Positions 26,811-42,859 of a stretch of 64,000 nucleotides of DNA are shown here, in pieces (the first letter of the stretch is position 1; each line of letters opens with the position of its first letter). Both the position numbers and the translations under genes were made by a program. The notes under the pieces were generated by a model, which had not been told where the DNA came from, ran no database searches, and saw only the letters and a list, made by a program, of their open reading frames with translations. The DNA comes from the human T2T-CHM13v2.0 reference genome, Homo sapiens. The DNA lies in the NCBI GenBank assembly GCA_009914755.4, contig CP068257.2, positions 28,704,001 to 28,768,000 of the forward strand, given 5' to 3'.

Positions 26811-29059
26811 AAGATGAGAAAAAGAAAAAAGGCATAAATTGATAAGGTAAAGTAATTCTTTCCAGGAAATGATATGCATAATTTCTTTTCCTCCTCAGTT
26901 TCCATATTAAAGGAAAAATGATATTCAGACTTTTGTAGCACATCTGTTACTAAGTTTTACAATTAACATTACTGATTTCACATACTGTTGTCAGAAAAAA
27001 TTGTGGGATTTTGAAATGGGGGAAATGTATTACTATGTGGCCTGTCTAGTTCATTTTTCAAGGTATTGTCACGTATTATTGCTTTTTAACTCCTATATAA
27101 TTCTGTAAGTTGAATAAAATTGTTAATAATGCAAATGATTCTAGTCCATAGAAATGAAATAGTTTCTGTCAAGTGGAATGATACTGATTTTTACTCTGCG
27201 TACAGCACTACTTTGCATCTATCTGTGGATTCATTTCAAACTTCCTAACAACCTGTCTAAGTGTTCTCTGAATTATGCTTTGAACCAGTTGTAGCATCTT
27301 AGTGGTCCCCACATTTATTAATGAGTTAAATAAAAATTTTTATATGTGTTGATTTTTTCATTTGTGTAAGAATTGTGACTTTACCTTTTTAAAAATTTAT
27401 CTTAATACTATTATGTTTTATATTGTATCACATTTTAAACGTTTGCCTTCCCTTTCTTTAAGTTCCAGGGAAGCAGCATGCAAGACATAGTGAGAAAAAA
27501 AAAGAAAATAAAAATAGTTGGAGATCAACAGAGATGAGATATTAGGATTGGATTAACCATGAATGATTTCTTTTGAACAGCTGGATAGAGAATTCTGGAC
27601 TTGAACAGTAGATACCTGATGTTTTCTTAATTCATACTGTGGTGCCTCTCAAGTAATAGTCTGCAACCCTGAGCTTCTGCTTGTTAATACTTTATTAGAC
27701 TGCTAATTGTAACTAAGTCTCCAGTTACATAAACTTTGATATCTAAGAATAACATGAGCCCCCCAAAACCACTCCCACATATGAAATGTGAAGTTTATTT
27801 TTTTAATTGTTTATCGTTGACATCTTGCCACCCCAGACACAAAGCTGAGGCCCTCTATGGCATCCGTGTTGTTTCCGTCTCTATTTCTGGATTTGTAGAA
27901 TTGGACAATCACACTTACTTATTATTATGTAGTCTTCTACCTCTTGCTGACCACATTTCCCAGTTTAATAAAAAAGGAACTTGTAGTTTTGTCCCCGAAA
28001 CCCACACTGTATTCTTCCAAGCAATTATGCCACCGCTTACGCAGTTTCCTCTTGCTGGCGCTCTCTTCTCACGCATCCTTCACACCAAAATCATAGGAGG
28101 AAATTTGTCTCTCTCACTAGTGAGAGACATGAGTCTAGTGACATTGGTCTTTTCTAAGCTCTCAGCACTTTTCACAGAAGAGCTCTAGTGCAAAGTTAAA
28201 GCTCAAACACATCTAGTGAGCTGAATTAGAACAAAGAGCTGATGTCACTTGGTATATTAAGGTCATTAGGAGTGGAATAATTATAAGTGAGCTTGAAAGC
28301 AACTTATCTTTTCCACTCTGCTTTTTCTTAGCCAGTGATGGGAGTCAGCCTTCCATTACACTCTCTGTTACCCTCATACAACTTAGGCGTTGACCCACAG
28401 TTACCAGGTGCCTAACTTGACAGCACCCTAAAGGGTGAGTGTGGAGAGGAGCAGAGTGTACATAAAAACTGAAAAATCACAGAGAGAAGGAGAGAAAGAA
28501 GAAAAGCAAAGAGAAAAGGTGAGAGAGGAAAATAAAAAATAGTTGGAGATTAGCAGAGATGAGATATTAAGGGAAGATTATTCATGCAGAAAATGGAGGA
28601 GGCAAAGAATATTTATTTTGTCTGATCCCTGAAATCTGAATCTTCACATTATACTTTGAAAGGTTTAAATATTGAAAGTATTCCAATGTGTTAATTTTCT
28701 CCTTTACTCTCTGCCTCCCTGTCTCAATTGTTTGCATTCCACTTAAAGATTGCATTAGAATGGTGGAGATTCTTCAAGTCACTACAGAACTAGATTCTCT
28801 ATGTCACTGGACACCCCTTCCTTCTATCTTGGGATTGCTGCATTTTAAACATTTCTCTGTGCTCAGATGTCTCCTTGCAAGGCCTGGTGCCTTCCACACT
28901 TGAAGTTATGAGCCTCTAGCTCCCAGGACTTTCTTACTGTCCATGCTACTGTGACCCCTTTAGTTTGTTTTCTCAAATGATTTTTTTTAATCCACATTTT
29001 ACTCATTCCGCATTATTTAAAGATGAATTAGTAGTCCACCTTCAATGCTAATGGCATAA

Positions 29060-29447
<388 letters not shown>

Positions 29448-29456
29448 CAACGATAC

Positions 29457-31921
<2,465 letters not shown>

Positions 31922-32740
31922 TTATTTCAATTATTTTATTTAGTTTAAACCTAAAGAAGACTTTATTGACCCATATGATCAAAGCACTTAAAGGATGAAT
32001 AAAGCTGGCTTAAGGTACATGGGAATCAGAGGCTTCTGTGTTGCCAGGAGTTTCTTCCCGTGTTTCCCTTCTCTATTCTTCTAGTTTCTGTGGCGGCAGG
32101 TTTCTATGATCAGAGGATGTGGTTCCCACACTTCCATGCTTAGCCCGTATTGTCTCCATTATAAGAGAAAAGATACCCTCTTTTTTCAGGTTTAATTATA
32201 AAAAGCTTAAGGGAAAGGTGTCAGGGAAAAAAATCAATTAAAGCTCGTGACATATTATTGGAGGAAATGATAATCTTTCAAAGTTGTTTTCCCATTCATG
32301 GAGAGTTGTTATTGAATATTTTATGAAAAAGTTTTAGCTGAACTTTTACACTACCTTTAGCCTCTGAAAGAAATCACTTGCTTAAATTAAAATAAATAGA
32401 GAAGGTCTTATATCTCAGATGTGAATAGCATCCTACAAATATTTATTTTTATTCACACTGTCACAGCTGAGCAGTGGATTCCAAGGATACTGAGGGAGGT
32501 TATAAAATCTAGAACATTGAAAGTAATCTAATTTTAACTGCCACTCAATGCAGAAATCACTGAAAAGTAATATCTTTTTCCTTGTTGATAAACTCAATAA
32601 TCCAAAGAAAACACAAAGGTCATAATAGTTCTATAAATTTATGATTTATAAATATACATTTAAAACAAGCCAAAGTATTTCTCCCTATAACTGTTTCCAT
32701 TACTCACAGTTGTAAACCTTAAGTCTTTCTGTCTTCTGTG

Positions 32741-32788
32741 CTCTCTCTCTCTTTCTCACACACACACAACACAAACACACACACACAC
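32741..32788. repeat. Compound (CT)n(CA)n microsatellite
   Basis: ctctctctctctttctcacacacacacaacacaaacacacacacacac. Confidence 0.85.
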
Positions 32789-33280
32789 TGAATAATTAAT
32801 TTTCTCCTATATTTAAACACAACCGTAATGTCCTCCAGTACCTAACATTTCATATTTTCCCTTTTCCATCATAACATTTCAGATTTATTCAAATATTTCA
32901 TAATTTTATATTTAATCACCTAGTTGACATCTTCTGAGAAAACTCTAAATACTCTTTTAAAAATGTAAACAAAAAGCAAATATGATTGTCAGCAAAATGT
33001 GTCTTCCTTGAAAACACACCACCATTATGAGTGTACTCTCAATAATTCTGTTAAGAATCCAACCAGTTTTCATGGCAGAAGACATGCACTTGCTCAGTCT
33101 TTTAGGCACTGGCATGCCCGGAGAATCTCCCCACACACTAGGCCTGATGACATTACCGATGGAAATGGATGTCCAAGGAAAAGACGTCTGGGGGCCTGGA
33201 GCCCCCAAAACAGATCACAAATCAAACTTTGGAAACCAATAAAAGACAAAGAGAACATATTGGAATCAACAGTAAATGAA

Positions 33281-33286
33281 TTTATT
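33281..33286 (-). terminator. Candidate polyadenylation signal AATAAA for KRTAP13-2 (tttatt on + strand), ~270 nt 3' of the stop codon
   Basis: First AATAAA on the - strand downstream of the stop at 33556; 3' UTR length is in the range usual for KAP transcripts. Confidence 0.4.
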
Positions 33287-33555
33287 ACGTGAAACAAAAC
33301 TGAACTTCCATATACTTTATAAGATGAACTTACGTGATAACGAATCACTTGTTTCAAAATTATAGACATTTGACTCTATATTTTGCTCATTCATTAATTT
33401 CACAGTCTGAAAGAACTAGCCTGTCCAGCCAGTACTTGATGCCAGAGAAAGGATGAAGAGCTAGTAGTAAGAGGGGTTAGCTCACATTGCTGGAAATGCC
33501 TATGATAACAGCTCTACGTAGAGACTGAGACACTTTGCTTAAAAGGTCTGGAAAT

Positions 33556-34083
33556 TCAGCAAGTTGATCTGCAGAAGGTTGATCCATAGGCTGGTCTGTA
33601 ACAAGGAGACTGGCAGCTCCTAGAAGCCAAGTAGGTTGGGCGGCAGAATCCAGATCCATAGCCGAGGGAAGGGAAGCCACAGCTTCCATAACCCAGGGAT
33701 CTGACACCACTGGACCCACAGCCCACTGAGTAGCAGCTCCTCGATCCATAGCCCAGGGAGCGGCAGCTGCTGGATCCAAAGCCTAGAGACCCAGAGTAAG
33801 TCGTCTTGCAAGGACTGCAGAGCAAGGAGGTTCTGGGGCGGTAGCAGGAGGTCTGGCAGGGGCTGGACTCCACATAGGACGTCTGGCAGCTGGTGGGCTC
33901 CCAGCAGATCTCCTGACAGCCCCTATAGAGAGAGGAACCCAGCTGGCAGGTGCTGGGAGAGCAGAGGTCAGTGCTGTAGACCAGATTGCTGGGGTAGGAA
34001 AAGCCACGTGAGGATGCTGGGTAGCGCAGGTAGTCACCACAGGAGCGGGAGGAGAAGTTTCCAGAGCAGCAGTTGTAGGACAT
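33556..34083 (-). CDS. KRTAP13-2: Keratin-associated protein 13-2 (high-sulfur hair KAP), single-exon, 175 aa: MSYNCCSGNFSSRSCGDYLRYPASSRGFSYPSNLVYSTDLCSPSTCQLGSSLYRGCQEICWEPTSCQTSYVESSPCQTSCYRPRTSLLCSPCKTTYSGSLGFGSSSCRSLGYGSRSCYSVGCGSSGVRSLGYGSCGFPSLGYGSGFCRPTYLASRSCQSPCYRPAYGSTFCRSTC
   Basis: ORF-track ORF 33556..34146(-) trimmed to the KAP-typical MSYNCC start (aa 22). It has the Cys/Ser/Gly/Tyr-rich KAP13 architecture, TATA ~85 nt upstream, and the leader cagctgaactcacatctcccgtcaacATG shared with paralogs. The 175-aa length and minus orientation ~24 kb from a 172-aa plus-strand paralog fit KRTAP13-2 (recollection of the chr21q22.11 cluster layout). Confidence 0.8.
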   Translation of the reverse strand: MSYNCCSGNFSSRSCGDYLRYPASSRGFSYPSNLVYSTDLCSPSTCQLGSSLYRGCQEICWEPTSCQTSYVESSPCQTSCYRPRTSLLCSPCKTTYSGSLGFGSSSCRSLGYGSRSCYSVGCGSSGVRSLGYGSCGFPSLGYGSGFCRPTYLASRSCQSPCYRPAYGSTFCRSTC

Positions 34084-34162
34084 GTTGACGGGAGATGTGA
34101 GTTCAGCTGAGTTATAGTGGAAAGATTCTCTGAGTTTGAATGTCATAGTCTGGACTCCAAGT

Positions 34163-34170
34163 TATATATG
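34163..34170 (-). promoter_or_regulatory. TATA box (CATATATAAC on - strand) of KRTAP13-2, ~85 nt upstream of ATG; preceded by a conserved CACACCCA motif
   Basis: Reverse complement of 34084..34200 = …gtggacacacccaggtctaagagcatatataacttggag…ctcagctgaactcacatctcccgtcaacATG; architecture identical to KRTAP13-1. Confidence 0.65.
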
Positions 34171-36189
34171 CTCTTAGACCTGGGTGTGTCCACTGTCTCG
34201 ACACTCCCTTCTCCTTGCTCACTTTTTATTATAAGAATGCTTCCCTAGGTTATTGTTTAATTTATCACATCTTCATATACTTACTTGTACTTTAGTCACT
34301 CTGGAACACTTAGAAGGAAGCCACTCAGTTTTTTTTTTTCCTGGAATTCACTGTGGTTTGACCTTCAATGTTATATGTCATCACATTTATGAGTATCTTG
34401 CCTCTTATTATTTGAGTACAGTGAGTCCTTATTGTACCAAATGGAATTACACAAAATTCTTTCTTTACTTCCCTTAAGTTATCAGGAGCATCAGTGGTTA
34501 CTACTCAAAATAGATTGTCCTTCTTTTTAACACAAGCATATTATTTGTTACCAGAAACGGAGGATTTCTCCAAATACTAACTGTATTCAGTAGCCTCAGC
34601 AATCTGTCAGTTAAACCTTTTACTAGTACCTTAAGAGCTCAGGATCAGAACTGAGGAGTGCAGCATTATGTTGGGTGTCCATATCAGGCATCTTCCTTAA
34701 CAAGAGGCTACTTTAGACAATGCTCACTTAGGAAACAATAAACACAAACTTTTTAGTAAGACTTTAAATTGAAGTTTTTCAGATATTTTCTGATGAACCT
34801 ATCTTGTAGCAAGCACTATTCTATGGTTATGCTCTAAATCAACTCATAAATTTTATTTTGTTTTATGTTTCAATTTTTTTTTCTGGATAAAAGGACAGAT
34901 TCTTAGCTGCAATTATTAATTTATACTTAAACTTTGAGGAATTGTTAACATTTTTCTGAAGCTTTTAACTTGAAGTATTAGAGTTATATGGGTCTTTAAA
35001 CATCCCCTGTTCAACCCATACATGGAAAAATTACCTCTCAGAGAGCTTTAACTTTCCCCTAATTTCTCAGTAAGATAGAAGCAAAATTGAAGCTTTAATT
35101 ATGGTTTTCTTATTCAGAGTCAAGTTGCAAATACCTTGCAAATATAAAAGTAAATTCAACTTTAACTTGTCTCAGAAAAGAAACTATTAAGCTTATTTAT
35201 ACTAAGATATAAAAGCCTAACAAAGCCTTATTTACTTTTCCTAACAATATTCACACTGAATAGTGTTCAACTGGGGAATTCTATGCCTTACTGATCTTCA
35301 TACATTTGAAGTATATTTCACTTCCTAGCCCAAGAAAGAGAAAGAATATTGGTAATCCATGTTTAGATTAATGGGGGGAAGAGGCTTCTTATCTGTGTCT
35401 ATTCTTCTTCTTTTGAATTTGACATTTTATTTGGTTTAACTAAGGGAAATGGCATTCACAATGGTTATCGAAAAGAGAGCCTCTTAACTACCTGAAAATT
35501 AACTTCCTTCATTCCAAAGCACACTGTTTCAGAGCACTTAGTTACTTTGTTTTATGATTATCTCTCCCATGCAGAATCCAAAGTGTGGCATGCATCACAT
35601 GAAGTGCCCTTGTGCAATACTTAAACCATCACTCTGATTCACTGAAGTAAAATAAGCTGTGCTTTATGAATGGACACCTATTAAATTCACCAAAAAGTAT
35701 GCACCACCCCCAACACATGGGATTCCTTATAATGGCAGCTTTTAACACCTTTAAAATGAGAAATATTTTTCTTTTCTTACTACAGGTTGATTCTGCTCAA
35801 AAAAAAGAAAACAAAAAACTTACTAATATCCAAAAGTTCTTGCCTTTCTAGACCAGCTCCCTATGTCTGGGAATAAACACTAAAATAACTTGGGAGTAAG
35901 TCAGTTCCAATTAACAGTCCCTCCACCCATTCCTAATTGGGTTAACACTTTTTATTAGGAGTTATTTGTGCACTTTGTACAAATGCTAATGAACAACTCC
36001 CAAATGCTAATAAATGTGTCCATCTGAAAGGCAGAAAAAGCAGAACAAAACTAGAGTAGCCTTAACAGTTCAAAAGTGGATTCTGGAACTAATAAAATAC
36101 TCTACGTACTCTACATACACAGGCAAAGTATTAGTATAGAAAGAAAAATTCACTATCTTGATATGTCAGGGAAAACGTGATATTGAAAT

Positions 36190-36421
36190 CTTTTCTCTCT
36201 CTCTCCTTCCTTCCTTCCCTCCCTCCCTCTTTCTTTTTCTTTTTCTTTCTTTTCTTTCTCTGCCTCTCTTTCCTTTTCTTTTTCTTTCTTTTCTTTCCCT
36301 CCCTCCCTCTCTCTCTGCCTCCTTCCCTCCCTTTCTCCCTCTCTCTCTTTCTCTGTTTCTCTTTCTTTCTATTTCTTTCTTTCTTTTCTCTTTCTTTCTT
36401 TCTTCTTTCTCTTTTCTCTTT
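36190..36421. repeat. Long polypyrimidine (CT/TTCC/TTTC)n low-complexity tract, ~2.1 kb upstream of KRTAP13-2
   Basis: ~230 bp C/T-only on + strand; explains ORFs 36158..36496(+), 36177..36431(+), 36166..36537(-). Confidence 0.9.
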
Positions 36422-36559
36422 AGAAATTTAGGCATAACAACACTACAGAGAATAAAACTATCATTACAGTACACAGTAGCCACAAGTAGCCTATGATCTG
36501 AATTACTTGAAAAGTGATTGTTTTTCCAAGTTAACATAGTAATGTAGCAGAAGCTTTAA

Positions 36560-36983
<424 letters not shown>

Positions 36984-37393
36984 ACCTTTTTACTTTCTGT
37001 TCACTTTTTAATTTTCTGCCTTCTCTAGACCTAGGAGAGGCTTTTATTGTCTGGTCACTAAAGAGTCTTCATAACAGCTGCTTTACACTAGATTTTATTT
37101 TTAAAATTCTCACCCAAGGGGAAATGTATCTATTAAACATTAATGCTAACTATGAAGAACCCACTACTGAGTAAAGGCTTGATGAGAACTCCCTGGACTA
37201 ACCTGTTCATGGTCTCTTCCCAGTCCCCCATGCAAGCCTACCCAGGCCTGTGGCTTTCTCGGAGGTCATCCGGCCTCATTGTTTGAGACTTTTCCAGGCC
37301 CTGGCACCTCCTCTAACTTCACTACAGCTCTTCCTGCTTCAAATTCATCCATTTTATGTCTTCATCATCCATGACTTTCGTTTGAAATAAAAA

Positions 37394-37755
<362 letters not shown>

Positions 37756-39299
37756 TTACCCTTGCATTTACTGAAAACAAATAGAAAATTAAAGTAAATT
37801 CTAGAGTCATTTTCTGGATGCCTAAACTCACAATTGTTACCACGTTGTCAGATTTGCGTTCATCTTTCTCTTTTTTATTTTAAATGTTTATGGATACATA
37901 ATGTTGCGCATATTAATGGGGTACATGTGATATTTTGATACAGGCACACGATGTGTAATGATCAAATCTGGGTAACTGGCATATCCATCACCTTAAACAT
38001 TTATCATTTTTTTTGTGTTGAGAACATTCCAAATCTACTTTTCTAGTTATTTTGAAATATGCAATACATTATTGTTAACCACAGTTGCTGTACTGTGTTA
38101 CTGAACACTAGATCTTATTCCTCCTATCTAACTATATTTTTGCACCCATTAACCAACACCTCTCTGTCCTTTCTTTCCACTACCCTTGCAAGCCTATGGT
38201 AACCACCATTCTATTCGCTATCTTACAGAGAGAGACCCCTTGTGGGCCAGTCTCTCAGTCTGATTCTTTTTCATATCTTTCCAAAGGCATCACAATAATG
38301 CATTCGTTTTTGCATAGCATTCCAGGAAATTGTCTATACATATATTTATCGGTTTATACCATTTATTGTTGTTTTAAGTTACAAAAATGCCATCTTATTG
38401 GATACATATATGTATCTGTAGCTTTCTTTTTATATTAAATTTATTTAAATAAAAATATCTAAAACATATCCAAGTTGATATTTATATATTTGTGCATTTA
38501 TTATCACTACAGTAGAACTTTTAAATGTCAGGCACTGTTCTCAGCACTGTATTACAAATATTAACTCAATCCTCATAATAATTCTACATGGTACACACCA
38601 CTTTTATTCTTGTTTTATAGCTGAGGAAGCTGAGACACAAACAGATTGAGTTACTTGCCAAAGCTACCCATGTAGTTAGTAGCAGAGATGAGATTTGAAC
38701 TGCAATACTGACACCATTGTCAGACTTTATGCAAATAACCATGTTGCTATGATACACACATCTAGTTTATTCCTTGTTACAAATTTATAGAATTCTACTG
38801 TATAAAAATATTTTATTGATATATCGCTCTACCATTCTTGATTTTTTACTATCACAAACCATGTGGCAAGAAATATACTTCTATATAGGCCCTTGCATCT
38901 ACTGTCTAGGGCTTCTGGAACATGTATATTTAGATGCAATTGCTGGACATACATAATTTCAATTCTAGCATGGTAGTTACGATCAAGGCTTTTGGATTCA
39001 GGCTGGCAGAGTTTGAATCCCAGCTCCATCACTTAGCTGTGTAACTCAGACCTGTTTTAGTTTCTCATATTTTGTTATCTTTTAGCCATTATTCTATGGA
39101 GTCATTTGTTCTTTTAAATGTATTTTTAGAGAATTTGTGCATTCTTTTTGTATGCCTTTGTCTTTCATATGTTGCTAATATATTCCTCTGGTCAGTTGTT
39201 TGACTCTTTTGTAAAGTCAGATCTGTGGATACACAGTTCCCATAAAATGAAATGCACCATTTTTAGGAGTACAGTTCAATGGGTTTTTTCCTTTCTGTT

Positions 39300-39563
39300 C
39301 TTTTTTTGGTGGAGGGGGCAAGGGCTTGCTCTGTTGCCCAGGCTGGAGTGCAGTAGTGTGATCATAGCTCACTGTAGCCTCCAACTGCTGAGCTCAAGTC
39401 ATTCTCCTGCCTCAGCCTCCTGAGTGGTTAGGACTATAAGTGCATACCACAACCCCTAGCTATTTTTTTTTCTTTTTTTTTTGTAGAGGCAGATTCTCAC
39501 TGTGTTGTCCAGTTTAGTCTTGAATTCCTGGCCTCATGCAATCTTCCTGCCTTGGCTTCCCAG
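39300..39563 (-). mobile_element. Alu SINE (antisense, old diverged copy, truncated)
   Basis: gcaagggcttgctctgttgcccaggctggagtgcagtagtgtgatcatagctcactgtagcctccaactgctgagctcaagtcattctcctgcctcagcctcctgagtggttaggactataagtgcataccacaacccctagc …. Confidence 0.75.
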
Positions 39564-39963
39564 TTCAATGAGTTTTGACAAACATATATAGTTATGTAAT
39601 CATCAATTGATTGAGATAGAGTATTTCCATTATTTCTAGAAATTCTCCTGTGCTCCTTTGGATCAATCTGCTTCCCCAATATCTAAATTTCTGTTCCTAT
39701 AGTCTTATTTTTTGAACTGCATGATAAAAGGAATTACACATTACGTTGCCTTCTGTGTTTAACTTCCTTCACAGAGCATAATGCTTTTGAAATTCATCCA
39801 TGTTGTTGCATATTCCAGTAGTTTATTCCCTTTTATTGCCAAGTGGTATTTCATTGTATGTACGCTATACACTAGAAAATGGACATTTAGATGATTTTGA
39901 GTCTGGAGTTACTGTGGATAAAACTGCTATAAACATTCACATACAGATAATTTTGTGGACATA

Positions 39964-42311
39964 TGTAATATGGTTTGGCTCTGTGTGCCCATTCAAATCT
40001 CATCTCTAATTATAATCCCCACATGTCAAGGAAGGGACCTGGTGGGAGGTGATTGGATCATGAGGACGGTTTCCGCCATGCTGTTCTGATGATAGTGAGG
40101 GATTTCTCATGAGATCTGATGGTTTTAAAAGTCCCAGTTTCTGCCTGTGTATACTCTCTTTCTCTCCTGCCACCATGTAACATGTGCCTTGCTTCCCCTT
40201 CACCTTCCACCATGATGTAAATTTCCTGGTGCCTCTCCAACCATGAGGAACTATGAGTCAATTAAACCATTTTTCTTTATAAATTACCCAGTCCTAGGTA
40301 GTATCTTCATAGCAGTGTGATAACAGACTAATACAGAGAATTGGTACCAGCAGAGTTGGGTACTGCTATAAAGATAAACTGAAAATGTGGAAGCGACATT
40401 GGAACTGGTAACAGGAGGAGGTTGGAACAGTTTGGAGGGCTTAGAAGAAGACGGGAAGATGTGGGAAAGTTTGGAACTTCCTAGAGACTTGTTGAATGGT
40501 TTTGACCAAAATGCTGATAGTGATATGAACAACGAAGTCCATGCTGAGGTGGTCTCAGATGGAGATGAGGAACTTATAGGGAACTGGAGCAAAGTCACTC
40601 TTGCTATGCTTTAGCAAAGAAACTAGTGGCATTTTTCCCCTGCTTTAGAGACCTGTGAAACTTTGAACTTGAGAGAGATGATTTAAGGTATCCGGTGGAA
40701 GAAATTGCTAAGCAGCAGAACATTCAACATGTGACCTGGCTTATTCTGAAAGCATTCAGTTATGTGTGTTCACAAAGAGATGCTTTGAAATTGGAACTTA
40801 TTTTAAAAAGGAAGCAGAGCATAAAAGTTTGGAAAATTTGCAGCCTGACCATGTGATAGAAAAGGAATACCCATTTTCTGCAGAGGAATTCAAGCTGGCT
40901 GCAGAAATTTGCATAAGCAACGAGGAGCTGAATGTCAATAGCCAAGACAATGGGGAAAATGTCTCAGGGGCATGTCAGAGACATTTACAGGAGCCATTGT
41001 CATCACCGGCCTGGAGGCCTGGGAGGGAAAAATGGCTTCATACATTAGGATCAGGGCTTGGCTGCTCTGTGCAGCTTCAGGACTTGATGCCTTGTGTCCC
41101 AGAAGCTCCAGCTCCAGCCATGGCTGATAGGGGCCAGGGTATAGCTACAGCTGTTGCTTCAGAGGGTGCAAGTCCCAAGCATTGGTGGCTTGCAAGTGGT
41201 ATTGGGCCTGCAGATGTGCAGAAAACAAGAGTTGAGGTTTGGGAACCTCTGTCTAAATTTCAGAGGATATATGTAAATGCTTGGAAGTCCAGACAATAGT
41301 CTGCTGCAGGGGCAGAGCCCTCATGGAGAACCTCTGCTAGGGCAGTGCAGAAGGGAACTGTGGGGTGTGAGCTCCCACACAGAGTCCCCACTGGGGCACT
41401 GTCTGGTGGAGCCATGAGAAGGCCACCATCCTCCAGACCCCAGAAATGTAGATCCACCAACAGCTTGCATTGTGTGTGTGGAAAAGCCACAGACACTCAA
41501 TGCCAGCCTGTGAAAGTAGCCATGAGGACTATAACCTGCAGAGCCACAGGAGAGAAGCTGCCCAAGGCATTAGGAGCCCACCCCTTGCATCAGCGTGTCC
41601 TGGATGTGGGACATGAATTCAAAGGAAATTATTTTGGAGCTTTAATATTTAATGGCTGTGCTACATGGGGCCTGTATCCTTTTTGTTCTGGCCAATTTCT
41701 CCCTCTTGGAATGTGAACATTTACCCAATGCCTGTACCCCCATTGTATCTTGGAAGTAACTAACTTGTTTTTGATTTACAGGCTCATAGGCAGAAAAGGA
41801 CTTGCCTTATCTCAGATGAGACTTTGAACTTGGACTTTGGGGTTAATTCTGGAATAAGTTAAGACTTTGTGTGACTGTTAGGAAGGCATGATTGGTTTTG
41901 AAATGTGAGAAGGACATGAGATTTGGGAGGTGCCAAGGGCAGAATGATATGGTTTGGCCCTGTGGCCCCACCTAAATCTCATCTTGAATTATAATCCCCA
42001 CATGTTGAGGAAGGGGCCTGGTGGGGGGTGATTGGATCATGGGGGGTGGTTTCTACCATGCTGATCTTGTGATAGTGAGGAACTTCTCATGAGATCTGAT
42101 GGTTTTGCAAGTAGTAGGTTCCCTTGTGTGCTCTCTCTCTCTCCTGCCGCCATGTAAGATGTGCCTTGCTTCCCTTTTACCTTCTGCTATGATTGTAAGT
42201 TTCCTGAGGCCTCTTCAGCCATGCAAAACTGAGTCAATTAAATCTTTTTTCTTTATAAATTACCCAATCTCAGGTAGTATCTTTAAGGCAGTATGAAAAC
42301 AGACTAATACA
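39964..42311 (+). mobile_element. Full-length ERVL-MaLR element (THE1/MST-like): 5' LTR 39964..40336, internal region 40337..41944, 3' LTR 41945..42311
   Basis: Both LTRs begin tgNNatatggtttggc…aaatctcatct…aattataatccccacatg and end …gagtcaattaaa…tttctttataaattacccaRtc…agtat…gactaataca. The internal part ends with the MaLR-typical …gagactttgaacttggactttggggttaattctggaataagttaagactttgtgtgactgttaggaaggcatgattggttttgaaatgtgagaaggacatgagatttgggagg. ORFs 40766..41299 and 41345..41716 are decayed internal-region translations. Confidence 0.8.
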
Positions 42312-42369
42312 ATATGTTTTCAATTTTCTTAGGTAAATACCTATGCATGGGATTACTGGTTTATATGGT

Positions 42370-42700
42370 AACCACATGTTTAACATTATAAAAAACTGAC
42401 AAACTATATTCCACAGTGGCTATACCATTTTGCATTCCAATAGCAATGTATGAAAATCTCACTTGTTTCACAGTCTCAACCGCACTGTATGTATTATCCT
42501 TATTATTTTGTCTATTCTAGTTGGCATGTAATGGTGTCCCATTGTGGTTTCAATTTGCATTTCTCTAATGAATAATAATATTGAACATTTCCTCATGTGC
42601 TTTTTGCCTCCCATACTTCTCCTTTAGAGGTGTCTGTTCAAATCTTTTGAACATTTTCTATGTGTGTTATCTCATTATAATTATATTCTTACTGTTTTTT
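42370..42700 (-). mobile_element. Short L1 fragment (antisense, ORF2 3'-region homology)
   Basis: …ggtgtcccattgtggtttcaatttgcatttctctaatgaataataatattgaacatttcctcatgtgctttttgcctcccatacttctcctttagaggtgtctgttcaaatcttttgaacattttc resembles the L1 segment also present at 30170..30330. Confidence 0.6.
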
Positions 42701-42859
42701 TACACAGAAGACTAAGATTCAAATCCTCTATCAAAGTATATGTTTTTACAATATTTTCTTCCAGTCTGTGACTTTTAATTTCATTTTCTTATTAAAGTCT
42801 TTGAAAACAGATGTTTCTAGTTTGATGAAGACTAATTTAGCTAAAAATCTCTTGGTATA

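Noticed and set aside
27736-28188. 150-aa ORF MISKNNMSPPKPLPHMKCEVYFFNCLSL…
   Set aside because: No recognisable domain, and leucine/serine-rich composition typical of AT-rich noncoding DNA. The region has LTR-like features (polyA signal tttaataaaaaagg) and is bracketed by a direct repeat. It is far more likely repeat-derived than a gene.
40766-41716. 177-aa and 123-aa ORFs (40766..41299 +, 41345..41716 +) and other ORFs 40006..40614
   Set aside because: They lie wholly inside the internal region or LTR of the MaLR element (which has no intact coding capacity in humans). No start context or homology to cellular proteins; composition is typical of decayed ERVL gag remnants.
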